DNA from: Catajapyx aquilonaris
Lineage: Eukaryota
Assembly: GCA_000934665.2 (NCBI GenBank)
Contig: JYFJ02002813.1
Span: 1 to 50,353 of the forward strand
DNA length: 50,353 nucleotides
Direction of reading: 5' to 3'
This document shows, one piece after another, positions 12,236 through 50,353 of this stretch. Position 1 is the first letter of the stretch; each line of letters begins with the position of its first letter. The position numbers and the translations under genes are program-made. Below the pieces are notes generated by a model. The model saw only the letters and a list, made by a program, of their open reading frames with translations. It did no database searches and was not told the origin of the DNA.

Positions 12236-14030
12236 AAATCATTATTAAAGTGTGAAAGTATGACCTCACAAGTGCAAAAATGAAAACTCTTGCCATTAGA
12301 TGCTAAATTATCTTCAGATGAGATATTGAATGCGCATTACAATCGGCAAAGCATTAAAATTCAGAATTATTTATATTTACTTATGATGTAATTTTTATAA
12401 ATTGCGAATTATATCACCAATGAAAATGGGCATTATCCATCAATAAAATAGTGTTTCATTGTAATGGGCGGCTCTAATTAGAAGCACTGGAATTGTTACA
12501 ATTATTTTGCGACAATAATTTAAACACACTAATTAATAGCGCTCGTTTTTGCAAGCAATAGTTTCAAAGGTTTCCTTTTGTACACTGCGCAAGTGAAATT
12601 CATAATACACCCCGAGTAATTTGACCATGATATCTCACCGAGTCATTAATGATGTAATTATTATAGGCGCAAATTTTTCAAATAAAGTTCAGGGTTCATA
12701 GCCTCATTAAAAACATAATGAAGGTTGTACTGTTTTGTTGAGCTGGCATTACATTGTACATCTCATCTCATTAACTTGATGCTCCCTGCTACCAACGAAG
12801 TTAATAAACTGATATTTCATTAGGTGTAGCTTCAGCTAGTTGCTTGCCTTTTCATTAACTCTGATGAAATTTCATTTAGTACAAAAGTGGGGAGCGAGGA
12901 TAAATGGTCACGACAGTGGCATATTTGTCAAAGAGTTTCAGTATGAGAAATATTTCAGCAACATGTCCAATGTAGATGAAGTGCTCTTATTAGAACCTCA
13001 TTCTTCTTATATTATAAAAAACGGGCAGGAAAATTGATCCGTTAGTGTTACTGAGGATGGTTTCCGCCTTCTTTTCCTGTGGACACGGTTCCTCTTTTGT
13101 CACGCGAAGCTTTGGATCCCATTTGTCTCCAGGATCGATCCCCCACCAACCTTTCACCCCCATCCCTCCTCCTCCCCAAACACTATAAATCTCCAGAGCC
13201 GCCCTAATAAACAGCACACATACACAGGCCACAAATAGGACCGCAAAAAGTTGCGTTGCTCAGGTCATGTGTATGGTCTAGTCTAGTGAATTAGATAAGC
13301 CACTCCTTTTCGGACTATGAGGTGGGTGGGAGAGGGGGGGGGAGTTTAATTAGTCCGGAGTAATAATAGAACCAGCGGGGAAAAATGTATCACGCGATAA
13401 AGTTTGAAACAGCTCTCAACATGTTGCGAAATGTGCATCAGCGGTACGGTAACCCAGCCGGATTATTGGCCCCTGGATGTTCCCCGATTGGATTTTCACA
13501 GGAGTGAGCAAAAAGGAAGGTTTCCATATCTGTGGAATAAAACTGGCATGAAGGTAACGAGGTTTTGGGGAAAGTCTTGGAAGTATAGGTAGGCCTACAG
13601 TAGGAATTGAAATTGAAGGTTTGTGTGAAAATTCCCTTCTTTCGTTTGGAATATACAGTATACATAAAAAAATTGTGACGTTCAGAAACGAAGCCGGGAA
13701 TGGCGAAGAAAGTATTTTTCTCCAATTCGTGCCTGGCGGCAAAGGTCACGGGTTCGGGTCCTTAACTTGATTTCCAGGCGGAACCACGAAACCCAAACTT
13801 TCGGTAGCCACAATCACCGGAGTCATCGATGTGAATTAAGTCCGGAAAAGAGCCTGAAATGCAATGCGTGCGCTCAAAATCTAACCTTCCAAAGAAATCA
13901 ATGACCCCCAACTAGAAGGTCAATGATTGTAATCCGTTCGAGAAAGTGGTCACAAATTGATTAATCTGTATATGCAATTGCCTATATTGTATATTGAAAT
14001 GTGATTTTTCTAATTATTGTTTAGGTCACC

Positions 14031-47927
<33,897 letters not shown>

Positions 47928-48190
47928 GTAAGGATATATATTCTCATTTTTTGTGTACCATATACTTGTAACTTTGAGGAAATAAGTTTGATTCGGACGA
48001 CTATTTTTCATCGTACTGTGGACGTGTCACCAAAGAAGTGCTTTTTGGTGTCGAGTTGTGTCTTGGCATTTGTCATTCCAGCACAGCTTGACATGAATTG
48101 GGCCAAGTGTGAATTTCTATTTAGGGTTCACCTATATTCCTAATTCCCATTCAAATGCATGGATTACCGGTACTACATTCACTGCATGTA

Positions 48191-48332
48191 CTATCGGTCT
48201 CAATTAGTTACGGCCACTTTATCCTGGTCTTAAAGCAACCCTTCGCACAGGTCCCACGGTGAGGAGGTGTGTGTGAGTGAAGGGTTGCTTCAAGACCAGG
48301 ATAAAGTGGCCGAAACTAATTGAGACCGATAG
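48191..48332. repeat. Inverted repeat with arms of about 54 bp
   Basis: ctatcggtctcaattagtt.cggccactttatcctggtctt.aagcaacccttc and its reverse complement at 48279-48332. Confidence 0.93.
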
Positions 48333-48796
48333 ACGTGGTATAACATGGACACTGAAATAGTATTTAAATTGATGAATTTGGACAGTACATAATTATTGCT
48401 ATTATAACATGGGTGGAAGTTGGGTCCACAATTTCTGGAACCTCGAAGTGTAAACAACGAGTAAGATAGCAATCTGGGCCACTCTGAAGTACTGGAAAGC
48501 ACACACGTTCCTTGCATGCAAATGATCCGACACGAACCTTCCGGTTCCGAGTCTCCATCCTCCCTTTAGTGTTCGGTAGCAATGCAAATTTTATATGCAC
48601 GCCCCATTTGCACTCGACTAATCCCAACGGGAATTGTGGAGCAAGATTTGAACCGGGCCTGGAATTCCGGGGGTGGGGGAAAATACTTTCGGAAGCTCCC
48701 CGGGCAAGCCGTGGGGCACAAATACTCGTATAAACATCCACAAGTGTAAATTCCAACGGAAAGCACTAGCCAAAGCGGTTATGAACAATTTAAAAC

Positions 48797-49461
48797 TACT
48801 GTCAAACGGGGGGAGATTGTGCCAGCGCGTTTTTTGGGACAACGACGCACCCTACTGGCAGCAGGCGTAAACTAGCGAAATTACGCATATTCCTTTACAT
48901 TGATAAATGTGCAAGGTTGACAATCATGAAGAGAATTCGTGATTTGTTGCTATAACTGCTATAAGGCCCGTAAAATAAATTATTGTTGAAATTTTGATTT
49001 TCTTCAAGTGTTACAGTAATGAGAGGAGTTTACCTGAAGAAGATCGGTGGGAGGCTTTGGGGGAAATCAAGTCCAGCCTTCTGCGATGAAAAAAGAGTAA
49101 ATAATTGGATGTAACAAAAATAATACTGCAACCAGCGCCACTAGTCGCGGCGACGGAAGAGAACATCTAACCTGAGGACCGAGGTACTGACAAATAAAAA
49201 TCGGATGGCCCACGTTCGGCCGCCTTTTTCGAAGGGAAAAATTAATGCAATTGCATTTTTTCATAATTTTGAGCCAGTGACTTGGACAGATTATGCATGT
49301 GAGATGTGACTATAAACAATGTGTTTTATCAAGGTGAAGGAAGGGAAGGAGGTGTCCTTGAAGTGCTTGTAAGCATCACTGGATTCATAGCTTGGCATTT
49401 TTATTGACGAATTGCCTCATGACGGGGAAGAAACCGTCTTTGTTCTCCACGACACATTTAA
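48797..49461 (+). mobile_element. Third copy of the pogo-like family, internally deleted and cut off at a TTAA
   Basis: Near-identical to 35036-35948 except for the loss of about 35270-35490. Homology stops at gacacatTTAA. Confidence 0.9.
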
Positions 49462-50353
49462 GGTGGAAATGAAGCGACTTGCTAATCAAATGAGAGTCTA
49501 GAATTGGAATGTTAATAAGAAGGGCTAAAATCAGGGAAACATACGCAACCGATGCAGCAGTAAATGCTGTTCAATCCTATGCATTCCATTCGAATCTGCG
49601 TTTTAAACTCGATTTAATATGGGCCCATTACCGGCGGCAAGTTTTTGTGCGCAGGCACAATTGTCACGGCTGCCAACTTAAACATGGTATATGGAGGTGT
49701 GCTTAATATTTTTTATTTTAGATGGAAATCGATTTAATCAGGTCGTAATTACGAGGTCCCAATTTGTCATGGCATTTTTAAAAGTTCAGTTCCGAAAGGG
49801 GAGCCTGTAGCTCTTCATTTGTGTCGGATTTGGAACACGTTCAGTTGGGACGCGGGTGACAGATAGAAGCGGCAACGCAGCAAAGCTCCGGGCCAATTAT
49901 CGCGTAGCAATGTGACGTCATTGCCGGGTGGATTCGAATTATTCGATTATTCTATTATAATTATAACTATATAAACCAATATAACGGTTCTGACGTCTGA
50001 CAAACACCCCCGCCAAACGAAAATCCTGTGTGAGCCGTTGTAAAAACCATCATACTAACTTGCACTCATATTTCGCGGTCGTATGCAACCGTATCTCGCT
50101 ACCGTAAACAACGCTGTGTTGCCACGTCCTCACTCGAGTGGAGCAATGTGACGTCACTGGATCATTTTCGGATCGTTTTTCCGCAATACAAATTGAAAGA
50201 GCACGGTGAGGTAGGTTTTTCTTTTTGCGGTTACGATCAGTATATAATTCCCGACCTATTCCACATTAAATTTTAAAATTCTCATTTGCTTATCATTTTT
50301 TTGTGGACTATTGAAAATTCTGCCATAAGGGCCCATGTTAAATCGCGAACTTC

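Noticed and set aside
13547..13590. ATG...ag|gtaggc as a coding exon upstream of 14025
   Set aside because: It would be out of frame with the MGC start and has no supporting homology; at most UTR.
47928..50353. Next rdgC exon (LWSDP motif, EF-hands)
   Set aside because: Not found by eye; the region is mostly repeats, so the gene is presumed to continue beyond the window.

Overview
Eukaryotic genomic DNA, most likely from an arthropod (probably a non-holometabolous insect, judged from the SINE types; this is inference). One gene dominates the window: a + strand, multi-exon PPEF/rdgC-family Ser/Thr phosphatase. I could splice 9 coding exons by hand (14031-47927). All are GT-AG with consistent phases, giving 1176 nt (392 codons). 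They encode an acylation-type N-terminus (MGCGVTK), an IQ motif and the PPP catalytic motifs GDLHG, GDYVDRG, RGNHE and VHGG. The rest of the catalytic domain and the EF-hands would lie beyond the window. The remainder is upstream or intronic DNA packed with non-autonomous transposons. These include many fold-back MITEs (Kolobok-like TTAA, pogo/Tc1-mariner TA, hAT 8-bp TSD, Sola-like), at least three tRNA-derived SINE families (several with clear TSDs, one nested), decayed transposase and LINE fragments, and compound microsatellites. Most entries in the ORF track are non-coding noise. I see no convincing wholly new biological system. The best leads are a candidate alternative first coding exon at 7658-7707, a tandem nuclear-receptor site array before exon 4, and inverted repeats placed to fold the pre-mRNA around exons.
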